This document shows, in pieces, positions 27,186 through 36,238 of a DNA stretch of 64,000 bases. The position numbers and the translations under genes were made by a program. The notes under the pieces are model-generated. The model was given only the letters and a program-made list of their open reading frames with translations. It was not told where the DNA came from and searched no databases. Source of the stretch: Methanobacteriota archaeon (GTDB lineage Archaea; Thermoplasmatota; Thermoplasmata; Methanomassiliicoccales; UBA472); assembly GCA_012729095.1 (NCBI GenBank), contig JAAYDU010000008.1, forward strand, positions 12,252 through 76,251. Reading direction: 5' to 3'. Position 1 is the first letter of the stretch, and each line of letters begins with the position of its first letter.

Positions 27186-27827
27186 TCATTCCCAGTCGCT
27201 GAGCTTGGAGGTCTTGGAGGAGCTTAGCATGTCCCTGGCCGTGGCCCAAGACCTCCTGGTATAGGGGGGCAAATCCCCATTCTCCCTTATCCAATTTTCC
27301 AGGAAAGCTCGGGTCTTGGGATCGGACGAATACCCGCTACCCACGTCTCCCAGCTCGTCACCTATTCGCCTCATCTCCTCGTCCCGGCGTACCTTGGCCA
27401 CGATGGAGGCGGCGGAGACCACTGGGTAGTTCAGATCGGCCTTGTGCTCGCACACCAGCTCCGGGCGGGTGCGCATGGCCCGGGTGAGGGCGGTCTTGAA
27501 ATGCATCTCGCTGGCGTCGCAGGCGTCCACGTAAGCCTTTCGCGGCCGCATCTCGTCCAGCAGGGAAGCGAAAGCCCTTATCTCAAGAGTGTTCAGGGAC
27601 GTTGGTCCCTTCCGCTCATCGATGGAGATGGGCTCGATGATCGCCACCTTCCAGGAGGAATGCGCCTTTATGAGCCCGGCCAGCCTCTCCCGTTCCTGCG
27701 GCTTGTGCAGCTTGGAGTCCCTGACACCCCATTCCCGGAACTGACGGTCGTCCTCGACCATCACCGCGGCGACGACCAGAGGGCCCATGACAGGCCCCCT
27801 TCCAGCTTCGTCAAGGCCGCATATCAT
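27186..27827 (-). CDS. rnhB: Ribonuclease HII
   Basis: MICGLDEAGRGPVMGPLVVAAV (DEAGRG catalytic motif), and DSK, ASIVAK. Confidence 0.9.
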   Translation of the reverse strand: MICGLDEAGRGPVMGPLVVAAVMVEDDRQFREWGVRDSKLHKPQERERLAGLIKAHSSWKVAIIEPISIDERKGPTSLNTLEIRAFASLLDEMRPRKAYVDACDASEMHFKTALTRAMRTRPELVCEHKADLNYPVVSAASIVAKVRRDEEMRRIGDELGDVGSGYSSDPKTRAFLENWIRENGDLPPYTRRSWATARDMLSSSKTSKLSDWE

Positions 27828-27916
27828 AATGGGGGGATTTTATCCTGTATATAAATCTGTGTTGAACGACGTTCCACCAAGAACACACCGTTTTACCAAA
27901 AAAGTTGTTGTTGGGC

Positions 27917-27928
27917 TAAAATATAAAG
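27917..27928 (+). promoter_or_regulatory. TATA box for the mptA transcript
   Basis: TAAAATATAAAG is centred about 27-33 nt upstream of ATG 27956, which is leaderless or short-leader geometry. Confidence 0.4.
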
Positions 27929-27955
27929 ATATCCCCCCGTTGAAGGGGCGGTGAT

Positions 27956-28841
27956 ATGAATTTCCAAGAGCGATGTTCAGAACCGGTACCTGACCAACGG
28001 GTTCAAGCTAACCCGGGTGGGAGTGACCGGCGTCAAGAAGCCGGTCCATGTACACCGTGATGGCCGGGATACCAGCCTCACTTGCGAGATCGATGTTTTC
28101 GTGGACCTGCCCTCCACCCAGAGAGGTTCCCACCTCTCCCGCAACCTTGAGGTCATCGCGGAGATAGTGGAACAGGGAGTGTCCGAACCGATAAAAGGGC
28201 TGGAGGTGCTGGCGGCCGACGTTTGCCGGAAATTGCTGGACAGGCACGAGTACGCCACCTACGCCGAGGTGCACATCAAGGGGGACTACTTCTTGGAGCG
28301 GTCCCTGCCAACTGGCCGAAGGAGCATAGAGTCATACAAGCTGATCGCCCGGGCGACGCACAAGCGCGGTGACGGACTTTTGAAGATGATAGGTACCAGG
28401 GTGATAGGAATGACCGCCTGCCCCTGCGCCATGGAGACCGTCGACGAGATCCAGGGCAACACCCTCAAGAGAGAAGGCTGCCTTCCTACCATATCCCACA
28501 ACCAGAGGAACGTGACCACCGCCATGCTCGAGGTCCCGGAGGAGTTCGAGGTGGAGGCGGACGACCTCATAGAGATAGTCGAGGCATCCTTCTCCAGCCC
28601 GACCTTCGAGATACTCAAAAGGAAGGAGGAGGCCAACGTGGTCATCACTGCCCACAAGAACCCGAAGTTCGTGGAGGACGTGGTGAGGGACAACCTGGCC
28701 CTGATACTCAAGCGCTACCCTCAACTGCCGGATGACACCGTGGTCACCGTTCGCAGCGAGAGCGAGGAGTCCATTCACAAGCACAACGCCGTGGCCGAGA
28801 GGGTGACCACCCTCGGCGAACTGCGCAAAGACGTGGTGTAG
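27956..28841 (+). CDS. mptA: GTP cyclohydrolase MptA/FolE2 family (type IB), with an apparent 1-nt frame break just after the start codon
   Basis: Conserved N-terminal DVQNRYLTNGFKLTRVGVTGVKKPV (from 27972) and VDLPSTQRGSHLSRN. The only ATG (27956, preceded by GGTGAT) is one nucleotide out of frame, and the in-frame TGA at 27957-27959 leaves only ATT 27960 as an in-frame start. The track ORF begins at GTG 28017, which would delete the conserved DVQ block. Confidence 0.75.
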
Positions 28842-29516
28842 ATGACGTACAGGGCGGTGGTGTGTGATGTGGACGGCACCATCACCAACTCGTCAAGGAT
28901 GATACAGGCACTGGGGATAGAGGTGCTCCGTCAGGCCCAGGACAATGGCCTCGCGGTGATGCTGGCCAGCGGGAACGTGCTTCCTATCGCGTACGGGCTT
29001 TCCGCGTTCATCGGCCTGCGCGGCCCGGTGGTGGCGGAGAACGGGGGCGTGGTATCGTATAACGACGAGGTGCACACCCTTTTTTCCAGCGAGGTGCCAC
29101 TGAAGGCGTACGAGCACCTCCGCCAGGTGATGCCTGGCGTGCGTCGTTTGTACACGGACCACTGGAGACATACCGAGGTGGGTCTGAACCGCGAGGCGGA
29201 CCTGGATAAGGTCGTGGAAGCCCTGAAGGACTGGCCCCTGGAGGTGGAGGCCACCGGGTTCGCAATACACCTGATGCAGAAGGGGCACAGCAAGATGGCC
29301 GGGGTGCGTAAGGCCTGCGACCTGATCGGCGTCGATGTCTTGGAGGTCGTGGCGTTCGGGGATGCCGACAATGATGAGAGAATGCTCAGGGAGTGCGGAT
29401 ACGGGGTGGCCGTGGGGAACGCTTCTGAAAAGGCCAAGATGGCCGCAGACCTGGTCACGCAGGGAAGGCATGCCGAGGGAGTCCGCGAGGGGTTGCTTTC
29501 CCTAGGCCTGATCTGA
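28842..29516 (+). CDS. HAD-superfamily phosphatase, archaeal phosphoglycolate phosphatase (Cof-like)
   Basis: DVDGTIT motif I, SGN motif II, and GDADND motif IV. 224 aa. It starts immediately after the mptA stop. Confidence 0.7.
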   Translation: MTYRAVVCDVDGTITNSSRMIQALGIEVLRQAQDNGLAVMLASGNVLPIAYGLSAFIGLRGPVVAENGGVVSYNDEVHTLFSSEVPLKAYEHLRQVMPGVRRLYTDHWRHTEVGLNREADLDKVVEALKDWPLEVEATGFAIHLMQKGHSKMAGVRKACDLIGVDVLEVVAFGDADNDERMLRECGYGVAVGNASEKAKMAADLVTQGRHAEGVREGLLSLGLI

Positions 29517-29553
29517 GACAACCTATTTTTACTAGCGCGGACAATGAGAATGC

Positions 29554-29736
29554 ATGGAGGTCCTAGGCCTGTGCTCTGTGTGCTCCAGGCCGGCCAGGTA
29601 CAGCTGCTCGCTGTGCGGCCGCCTGTTCTGTCCAGAACATTTCGATAAGCACAGACGCATGTGTGACCGATGCTCCCCTGGACGTCGGGAGGAGCACAGC
29701 CGTCGGAGCGTCCCTGACCGGAATCTGCTGCACTGA
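29554..29736 (+). CDS. Small AN1/HIT-like zinc-finger protein
   Basis: CSVC-x7-CSLC-x4-CPEH-x3-H-x3-C-x2-C spacing in a 60-aa ORF. Confidence 0.45.
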   Translation: MEVLGLCSVCSRPARYSCSLCGRLFCPEHFDKHRRMCDRCSPGRREEHSRRSVPDRNLLH

Positions 29737-29738
29737 GC

Positions 29739-30233
29739 CTAAAGAAGCTTCTTGGCCGACTCCTCGTCCAGGTCTATCGACCTCAGCAGGTACTTCAGCG
29801 CCTTCTTGGCTATGATGGCCATGGTCTGCTCGTCCAGGCGGGACTCGTAGATCACCATTGCCTTCTTGTAGTACTCCACCCCGAACTCCGAATAATAGTA
29901 GGTGGCGTTCTCTGGATCGATCTCGGCGGCCTTGTTGTAGCACGCCTCGGCGTCGTTGAAGAGGCCGACGTCCATGCAGAAAGCCCCCCAGCCCTGCAGA
30001 ATGAACGGGTTCTCGGGATCCAGCTCGGACGCCTTCTTGTAAAGGGCGATTATCTCCTCCTGGGAGACCTTTGGGACCAGCACGCCGGCGTCCGCTTTCG
30101 CCAAATAGGCCGAGGGGTTGGTCGGATCGGTCTTCAGGGCCTTGTCGAACTTGGAGAGCGCCTGGGAATATTCCCCGTCTTCCATGAGCCGATAGCCGTC
30201 CTTCATCAACTTGTCGAAATCGCCGGTTGCCAT
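29739..30233 (-). CDS. TPR-repeat protein
   Basis: 164 aa with repeated A..Y..ALELDP-type 34-residue units (YSQALSKFDKALKTDPTNPSAYLAKA, IIALYKKASELDPENP, ACYNKAAEIDPENATYYY). Confidence 0.7.
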   Translation of the reverse strand: MATGDFDKLMKDGYRLMEDGEYSQALSKFDKALKTDPTNPSAYLAKADAGVLVPKVSQEEIIALYKKASELDPENPFILQGWGAFCMDVGLFNDAEACYNKAAEIDPENATYYYSEFGVEYYKKAMVIYESRLDEQTMAIIAKKALKYLLRSIDLDEESAKKLL

Positions 30234-30293
30234 TGGTTTTCCCTAATCCGAGTATTAAATGGTCGGAGATAAAGCTTTCTTGGTCCGGAAGGT

Positions 30294-30635
30294 TCACAGG
30301 TTGCGAAGGAAACGGTTCCCCTGGTCGACAAGCACCACCTTTGACGGGATGGGCTTGTCTGTCAGTTCGAACGCCATGATTATGACCTTGTCGCCCGTGC
30401 CTACCAAGTGGGCGGCCGCGCCGTTCACGCTTATCACGCCCGATCCCCTTTTTCCGGGAACTGCATAGGTCTCGAAGCGCGCGGCGTTGTCCACGTCCGA
30501 GACGAGCACCTTCTCCCCAGGCCAGATGTCTGCCCTCTCCAGAAGGTCCTGGTCTATGACGATGCTGCCCACGTAGTCCGGCTCGGTGGCCGTGACCGTG
30601 GCCCGGTGAATCTTGCCCCTCAGGAGCTGCCGCAT
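30294..30635 (-). CDS. panD: Aspartate 1-decarboxylase, pyruvoyl-dependent (bacterial PanD type)
   Basis: MRQLLRGKIHRATVTATEPDYVGSIVIDQDLL aligns with the PanD N-terminus, including the G-S self-cleavage site. Also ISVNGAAAH. Start trimmed to ATG 30635. Confidence 0.8.
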   Translation of the reverse strand: MRQLLRGKIHRATVTATEPDYVGSIVIDQDLLERADIWPGEKVLVSDVDNAARFETYAVPGKRGSGVISVNGAAAHLVGTGDKVIIMAFELTDKPIPSKVVLVDQGNRFLRNL

Positions 30636-30707
30636 GGAATCGTGCAGGATTACCCTCATATTGAAGCTTTCCCCGACACCCGCACTTGTGGTACCACGAG
30701 CGTGGCG

Positions 30708-31505
30708 TCAGTGGCCGTTGGAGCAGGAACCGATTATCTTCACCGCCAGTGCCTTGAGCGCTCCGTCGTATTCCAGGACGGCGTTTATGTTGAACACCGT
30801 GCGCATGCTCTCCGGCGTGAGCACGTCATGAGGGGTCCCCAGCGCGTGCACCTTATGGTCGTGGATGAGGACCATTCGGTCACAGTACTTCACCACCATA
30901 GGAAGGTCGTGGGAGACTATGACCACGGTCAGCCCCTCCTCCTTCGACAGGCGCTTGACAAGGTCCAGCACCTCGAACTGGTGGTTTATGTCCAGGTGCA
31001 GCGTGGGCTCGTCCAGGAGTATGACCTCGGGCCTCTGGGCCAGGGCACGGGCGATTATGACCCTCTGCCTCTCGCCCCCGCTCATGTTGTTTATGAGACG
31101 GTCGGCGAACTCCTTGATGTTGGTCTTTTCCATCGCCTCCTCGACGATGCGCGTGTCATCGCCGGACTCGCCTTGGAAGCGGTCCAGGAATGGCATCCGG
31201 CCCATGCTCACGATGTCACGGACGGTGAAGGCGAAGCGTATCTCGTTGCTCTGCGGCACCACCGCTATCTGCCTGGCGATACTCCGTTTGGACATGCCCT
31301 CCAGGTCCGCGCCCTCCATGAGCACCCGGCCCTTCTGCGGTTTGAGGTTTCGGTTAAGTAGCTTGAGCAAGGTGGTCTTCCCGCACCCGTTGGGACCGAG
31401 GATGCCGATTATTTCCCCTTTCCTAACCTCGATGTTCACGTCCTTCAGCACCGGCTTCTCCCGGTAGGAGAAGCTTATTCCTTCGACCGTAAGCATCAGT
31501 CCCAC
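30708..31505 (-). CDS. ABC transporter ATP-binding protein (iron-siderophore/cobalamin FepC/BtuD type)
   Basis: GPNGCGKTT, LSGGERQR and ILLDEPT motifs. Coupled to the FecCD permease. Confidence 0.85.
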   Translation of the reverse strand: MGLMLTVEGISFSYREKPVLKDVNIEVRKGEIIGILGPNGCGKTTLLKLLNRNLKPQKGRVLMEGADLEGMSKRSIARQIAVVPQSNEIRFAFTVRDIVSMGRMPFLDRFQGESGDDTRIVEEAMEKTNIKEFADRLINNMSGGERQRVIIARALAQRPEVILLDEPTLHLDINHQFEVLDLVKRLSKEEGLTVVIVSHDLPMVVKYCDRMVLIHDHKVHALGTPHDVLTPESMRTVFNINAVLEYDGALKALAVKIIGSCSNGH

Positions 31506-32521
31506 CCCACTTCGCTACGCCTTCTGCGCAGCAGGTAGATGAAGTACGGAGCGCCGATGAGCGCGGTTATTATACCTATGGGCAGGATGCCGATGCTCGG
31601 CGCTATGGTCCTGGATATGTAATCGCACATCATCAGGAAGGCCGCCCCACCCACTATGGACGCGGGAAGCAGTACCCGGTTGTCCGGCCCCATGAGTATG
31701 CGCAGAATGTGCGGCACCACCAACCCCACGAACCCGATGACGCCGACGAAGGCCACGGCGGCGGCGGTGACCAGGGCGGAGGCGACCAGCAGCTGTAGGC
31801 GGACCTTCCTGACCTCCACGCCCAGGTCCAGGGCATGGGCGTCGCCGAGCATCATGGCGTTGAGGTCCCGGGAGCTCGATACCATTATCAGGCCACCGGC
31901 GAAGATGAGGGGGGCGACGATCATAATGTTCTCCCACTTGGCATTTGTCAGGTTCCCCATGGTCCAGTACACTATACCGGCCATCTGATCTCCCGCTATG
32001 TAGGTCAGCAAGGATACCAGTGCGGAAAGCATGGCCCCAACGGCGATACCTGCCAGCAGAAGCGTTTCCGTGGGAACGCGACCCCCCACGCTGGATATGT
32101 TGTACACCAGGAACAGGGTGGCCATGCAGGAGGCGAAGGCCAGGAGCGGCACGAACAGCATCTGGGGGATCCAGGTCACGGCGAAGGTCAGGGCGACCGC
32201 CGCCCCCAGGGACGCTCCGGACGAGAGGCCGAGGATATAGGGAGAGGCCATGGGGTTGCGGAACAGCGCCTGCATTACCGCCCCGGCTATGCCCAGGCCA
32301 GCCCCCACCAGGATGGCCATGATCACCCGGGGCATGTTCATTCTCCAGATTATGATCTGATCCGTCTCCGTGCCCATGCCCAGCAGGGCCCAGAAGGCCT
32401 CTTCGAAGGTCAATGGTATAAAGGCCTGGGCCAGGTCCAGGACCATGAACACGAACAAGATGAGGAACAGCCCCGCTAGGACCGCGGTTGTACGTCTTTT
32501 TCGCTTGGCGACGCTGTCCAT
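31496..32521 (-). CDS. FecCD/BtuC-family ABC permease
   Basis: 341-aa polytopic protein ending IGAPYFIYLLRRR, the typical FecCD terminus. The alternative ORF 31515..32531 in another frame is Arg/Pro/Gly-rich junk. Confidence 0.85.
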   Translation of the reverse strand: MDSVAKRKRRTTAVLAGLFLILFVFMVLDLAQAFIPLTFEEAFWALLGMGTETDQIIIWRMNMPRVIMAILVGAGLGIAGAVMQALFRNPMASPYILGLSSGASLGAAVALTFAVTWIPQMLFVPLLAFASCMATLFLVYNISSVGGRVPTETLLLAGIAVGAMLSALVSLLTYIAGDQMAGIVYWTMGNLTNAKWENIMIVAPLIFAGGLIMVSSSRDLNAMMLGDAHALDLGVEVRKVRLQLLVASALVTAAAVAFVGVIGFVGLVVPHILRILMGPDNRVLLPASIVGGAAFLMMCDYISRTIAPSIGILPIGIITALIGAPYFIYLLRRRRSEVGWD

Positions 32522-32578
32522 GTAACCTCACCTCAAAGGAAGGAACGTTAAAATGGTTTGCGAGGAAGGAGGGAGCCC

Positions 32579-34573
32579 CTAATCCTTCTTCCTCATGAGC
32601 AACACCATGGCGATCGCTAGCACTACAACCACGATGCCCACCACGGCATAGACCATGATGTTGTCGCCCCCATCATCCTCTCCGGTGTTCCCCGCATCCA
32701 GCGGCAGCTCTCCCTCGAAGTAGTCGGGATAGAACAGGCAGGCCACCGTCCACAGCCCTTCGGTGGCGTCGGGGCAATAGGAGTTCCAGGACTTGTTCAG
32801 CTTGTAGACGGTGATGTCATCGTTCCCCACGTCGCTGGAGAACTCCTCCGCCGTGCCCTCGTAATATCCGTCCAGAAGGATGAACTCGGGATCGAGCTGC
32901 AGCAGTGCGGTGAAGTCCACGGAGTACCTGTTCGCCTCTATGGAATCGTCCCGGGCCAAGTTGACACCGCCAGCGAAGGTGATGAAGTCCACGGTGACCA
33001 GGCCTGTGTTGCCAATGTACATCACGTCACCGCTGTAGCTCACATAGACCGCGCTGACCTTGTCCTCGGAGTCCGTGATGCCCATGTCGACCAGGGTATC
33101 GGCTATGTACTGCTTGACGAACACCATGTGTCCAGAGACGCTGTGGTTCGTTCCGGTCAGGAACTCGATGTCCTCCACCACCTGGACGATCCCGTCGTAG
33201 GAGTTGGGGTAGAAGGTGACCACGTGGAAGCCGTACCCCTCAAGTTCCGCCCAGACGGTGGATAGGAAAGAATACCCATAGCCGATGACGACATCGCTGC
33301 TCTTGTTCCATTTTCCGTTGTCCACCAGATCGAGCATGGTCTGCACCACCATGTCCTTGTTGGAGGAACTGACGGTTACGAACTTGTCGGCAGGAATGCC
33401 CTCCATCTCGGGTATGTTACTCTTGTTGAACTCGGAACCTGCGTCGAACAGCACCGCCTTGTCCAGCATCCCTATGTCCACCAATGTGTTTGTGGCGAAC
33501 GCGCCGAAGGACGCCACATGTACCGCCGGAGCGGTAAGGTTGGTGGTGACCCCTCGCGAGTCGGTGACGGATATTGGCCCGATGACGGGCTGGCCTTCGA
33601 TTGGGACCTCCCCCTCGAAGTAGTCGGGATAGAACAGGCAGGCCACCGTCCACAGCCCTTCGGTGGCGTCGGGGCAATAGGAGTTCCAGGACCTGTTCAG
33701 CTTGTAGACGGTGATGTCATCGTCCATGATCATCGCCGAGAAGTCCTCGGCCGTTCCGCTGTAGTACCCGTCAACCAGCACATATTCCGGGCTGATCTGC
33801 AGGATGGCGGTGAAGTCGGCGGAGTAGGTGGGGGACGTCTTGTTGGCATCCTCGGCCACGTTGATGCCTCCAGCATATCTTATGAAGTCCACGGTCACCG
33901 AGCCGTTGTTGCCCAGCTTGAGGACCTCGCTGCTGTAGCTGGCGTAGATCGCGGTCACGAACTCGGACTGTTCGTCGACCCCGTTCATGCTCAGTGTCTC
34001 CGCTATGTACCCTTTGACGAACTCCATCCAATCCGAGACATCGTGAGAGGCGCCCATGACCGTCTCGATGTCCTCCACCACCTGGACTATGCCGTCATAG
34101 GATTTGGGATAGAATGTGATGACCTTGAAGTCCAGGCCTTCCAGTTCCGTCCAGGTCGGGGACAGGTAGGAGTATCCGTACCCGAAGATCACGTCGGTGC
34201 TCTTGTTCCATATGCCGTCATCCACCAGGTCCAGCATCCTCTGGACAACGACATCCTTGTTGGCGCTGCTGACGGTGATGAACTCATCGGCCGACCTGCC
34301 CTGCATCTCAGGGATGGCGCTCTTGTTGAACTCCGAAGTGGCGTCGAACAGCACCGCCTTGTCCAGCATCCCTATGTCCACCAATGTGTTTGTGGCGAAC
34401 GCGCCGAAGGACGCCACATGTACCGCCGGAGCTGTAAGGTTGGTGGTGACCCCTCGCGAGTCGGTGACGGATATCGTCGCGTCGTTCGTCGAATCTCCTT
34501 GCGTGAAGGCAGGCACCGCGATGGTCAGCAAGGCAATGACCATCAACGTTACGATCGCTCGTTGGAATCTCAT
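32579..34573 (-). CDS. Tandem-duplicated class-III (FecB/BtuF-like) substrate-binding protein with an N-terminal signal and C-terminal membrane anchor
   Basis: 664 aa. Two ~300-aa halves each carry ISVTDSRGVTTNLTAPAVHVASFGAFATNTLVDIGMLDKAVLFDA .. GYGYS .. TFYP.SYDGIVQVVEDIE .. DITVYKLN.SWNSYCPDATEGLWTVACLFYPDYFEGE. The C-terminal anchor is IMVYAVVGIVVVVLAIAMVLLMRKKD. Confidence 0.8.
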   Translation of the reverse strand: MRFQRAIVTLMVIALLTIAVPAFTQGDSTNDATISVTDSRGVTTNLTAPAVHVASFGAFATNTLVDIGMLDKAVLFDATSEFNKSAIPEMQGRSADEFITVSSANKDVVVQRMLDLVDDGIWNKSTDVIFGYGYSYLSPTWTELEGLDFKVITFYPKSYDGIVQVVEDIETVMGASHDVSDWMEFVKGYIAETLSMNGVDEQSEFVTAIYASYSSEVLKLGNNGSVTVDFIRYAGGINVAEDANKTSPTYSADFTAILQISPEYVLVDGYYSGTAEDFSAMIMDDDITVYKLNRSWNSYCPDATEGLWTVACLFYPDYFEGEVPIEGQPVIGPISVTDSRGVTTNLTAPAVHVASFGAFATNTLVDIGMLDKAVLFDAGSEFNKSNIPEMEGIPADKFVTVSSSNKDMVVQTMLDLVDNGKWNKSSDVVIGYGYSFLSTVWAELEGYGFHVVTFYPNSYDGIVQVVEDIEFLTGTNHSVSGHMVFVKQYIADTLVDMGITDSEDKVSAVYVSYSGDVMYIGNTGLVTVDFITFAGGVNLARDDSIEANRYSVDFTALLQLDPEFILLDGYYEGTAEEFSSDVGNDDITVYKLNKSWNSYCPDATEGLWTVACLFYPDYFEGELPLDAGNTGEDDGGDNIMVYAVVGIVVVVLAIAMVLLMRKKD
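32712..32823. repeat. Intragenic near-identical block A, copy 1 (partner 33612..33723, offset exactly 900 bp)
   Basis: Base-by-base comparison gives 111/112 identical (t/c at 32783/33683). The flanks diverge immediately. Confidence 0.9.
33441..33574. repeat. Intragenic near-identical block B, copy 1 (partner 34341..34474, offset exactly 900 bp)
   Basis: Base-by-base comparison gives 133/134 identical (g/t at 33533/34433). Neighbouring sequence is visibly diverged. Confidence 0.9.
33612..33723. repeat. Intragenic near-identical block A, copy 2
   Basis: Partner of 32712..32823. Confidence 0.9.
34341..34474. repeat. Intragenic near-identical block B, copy 2
   Basis: Partner of 33441..33574. 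Confidence 0.9.
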
Positions 34574-34766
34574 GGTTGCACCTTTTACTTGGGCGTCATC
34601 TGTAATACCATGTCGGTATAAATTATTATCTTGTTCGTAACACTGATGGAAAAACGGTCAGGCGACAGCAGCGACAGCGCCAGGGGGCGGCAGGCACCAG
34701 CACTATGGCCTACATCGGGAAAGCGCATGAAAGGGAATTATATCAAGTCGCCCTTTCGATTTCAAC

Positions 34767-35096
34767 ATGGCTTCCAGAGTGAGGGTGGTCGCCCCGATCT
34801 GTTCCCATGACATATGGATCACCGCGGAGATGGAGGGCGAGGACCGCCTCAATGTCCGCATAGAGTCCGATTGCTCCAACGTTATGGACTACGCAGAGAG
34901 GCTGGGTACGGTGACCATGGACGATATTAGCGAGATGCGCGGGTCCCGGATCCTGACGGAGGCCGAGGGAGGGGTCCTGACCCCGACATGCCTGGTCCCC
35001 ATTGCCGTGTTCAACGTCTGCTGGGTGGAGGCGGGGATGATATCCAAGCGCCTGGCCATCAAAGAGGGGCAGATATCCATTCAATTCATCGATTGA
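34767..35096 (+). CDS. Small Cys-containing hypothetical protein
   Basis: 109-aa ORF with protein-like composition and four Cys (APICSHD, SDCSNV, PTCLVP, NVCWVE). No family recognised. Confidence 0.45.
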   Translation: MASRVRVVAPICSHDIWITAEMEGEDRLNVRIESDCSNVMDYAERLGTVTMDDISEMRGSRILTEAEGGVLTPTCLVPIAVFNVCWVEAGMISKRLAIKEGQISIQFID

Positions 35097-35158
35097 GCCG
35101 GGAAAAGTTATTTGGTCTTCATAGTTCCTAAAGATGGAAGGTCGATGGAAAGGATCCG

Positions 35159-36238
35159 ATGTGCGGTACCACTGCCTTCTTCTACAACGATGACCTGCTC
35201 AGGTATCAGTTCGGGCCCGAACATCCCTATCAGCCCATAAGGTTCCAGCTGATCAGGGACACCCTTAGGGAGATGAGCGTGTTCGATGGCCGCCTGGAGT
35301 ATGTCGAACCACCTTCAGCCACCGAGGGGGACCTCTACGAGGTGCATGACCGCTCGCTCATCGAGAGCGTGAAGGAGATGAGCGCGGCCGGTTCCGGCTA
35401 TCTTGACATGGGCGACACGCCGGTCATGCACGGCCTTTACGAGGGAGCACTGGCCGCGGTCGGGGCCACCCTCCATGGGGCAGAGAGCATCGCCCGGGGA
35501 GAGTTCGATCATATCATGACCCCTGGCGGAGGGCTCCACCATGCCAGACGGGACAGGGCGGCGGGTTTCAGCGTGTTCAACGACCTGGCCATCGCGGCCA
35601 GGCGGTTGCAGCGCAGGTATGGTTACGAGCGCATCGCCATCGTGGACATCGACGGCCATCATGGGGACGGCACCCAATCTATATTCAACGGCGAGAAGAT
35701 ACTGACCGTCTCATTCCATCGTTTCGGGGCGGGGTTCTACCCTGGTACGGGGGCGGTCACAGATATCGGAGAGGGGGATGGAGAGGGGTATGCCGTGAAC
35801 GTCCCCCTGCCCCGCTGCACCCCTGACGAGGTGTACGTTCCCACGTACGAAAAAGTGCTCTCCGCCGCCCTGGACGCCTATCATCCGGAGATCATCATAC
35901 ATCAGTTCGGCACGGACGCCCACTACAGCGACCAGATGGTGGGCATGGGGTTGACCACCAGGACCTACGAGAAGGTGGCGGAGATAACCCATCGCCTGGC
36001 GCACGAGCATTGCGACGGTCGTTACCTGGTAACCGGAGGAGGGGGATACTCGGTGGACGCGACACGGCGCATCTGGAGCATAGCGGTTTGCACGGTCTCC
36101 GGCTCCTTCCCCCTGAACCCGGAGGGGATGCATCTCATGCGGGACTCCGGGCTGAACCGCAAGTGGAAGGTGCAGCAGGAGGAGTTCCATAAGAGACTGG
36201 ACTATCTGTACGATGAGGTCATTCCGAAGATCCGCTGA
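35159..36238 (+). CDS. Histone deacetylase-family enzyme (AcuC/acetylpolyamine amidohydrolase-like)
   Basis: GGLHHARRDRAAGFSVFND, then IVDIDGHHGDGTQ and GGGGY, the class I/II HDAC catalytic and zinc-site motifs. Confidence 0.85.
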   Translation: MCGTTAFFYNDDLLRYQFGPEHPYQPIRFQLIRDTLREMSVFDGRLEYVEPPSATEGDLYEVHDRSLIESVKEMSAAGSGYLDMGDTPVMHGLYEGALAAVGATLHGAESIARGEFDHIMTPGGGLHHARRDRAAGFSVFNDLAIAARRLQRRYGYERIAIVDIDGHHGDGTQSIFNGEKILTVSFHRFGAGFYPGTGAVTDIGEGDGEGYAVNVPLPRCTPDEVYVPTYEKVLSAALDAYHPEIIIHQFGTDAHYSDQMVGMGLTTRTYEKVAEITHRLAHEHCDGRYLVTGGGGYSVDATRRIWSIAVCTVSGSFPLNPEGMHLMRDSGLNRKWKVQQEEFHKRLDYLYDEVIPKIR

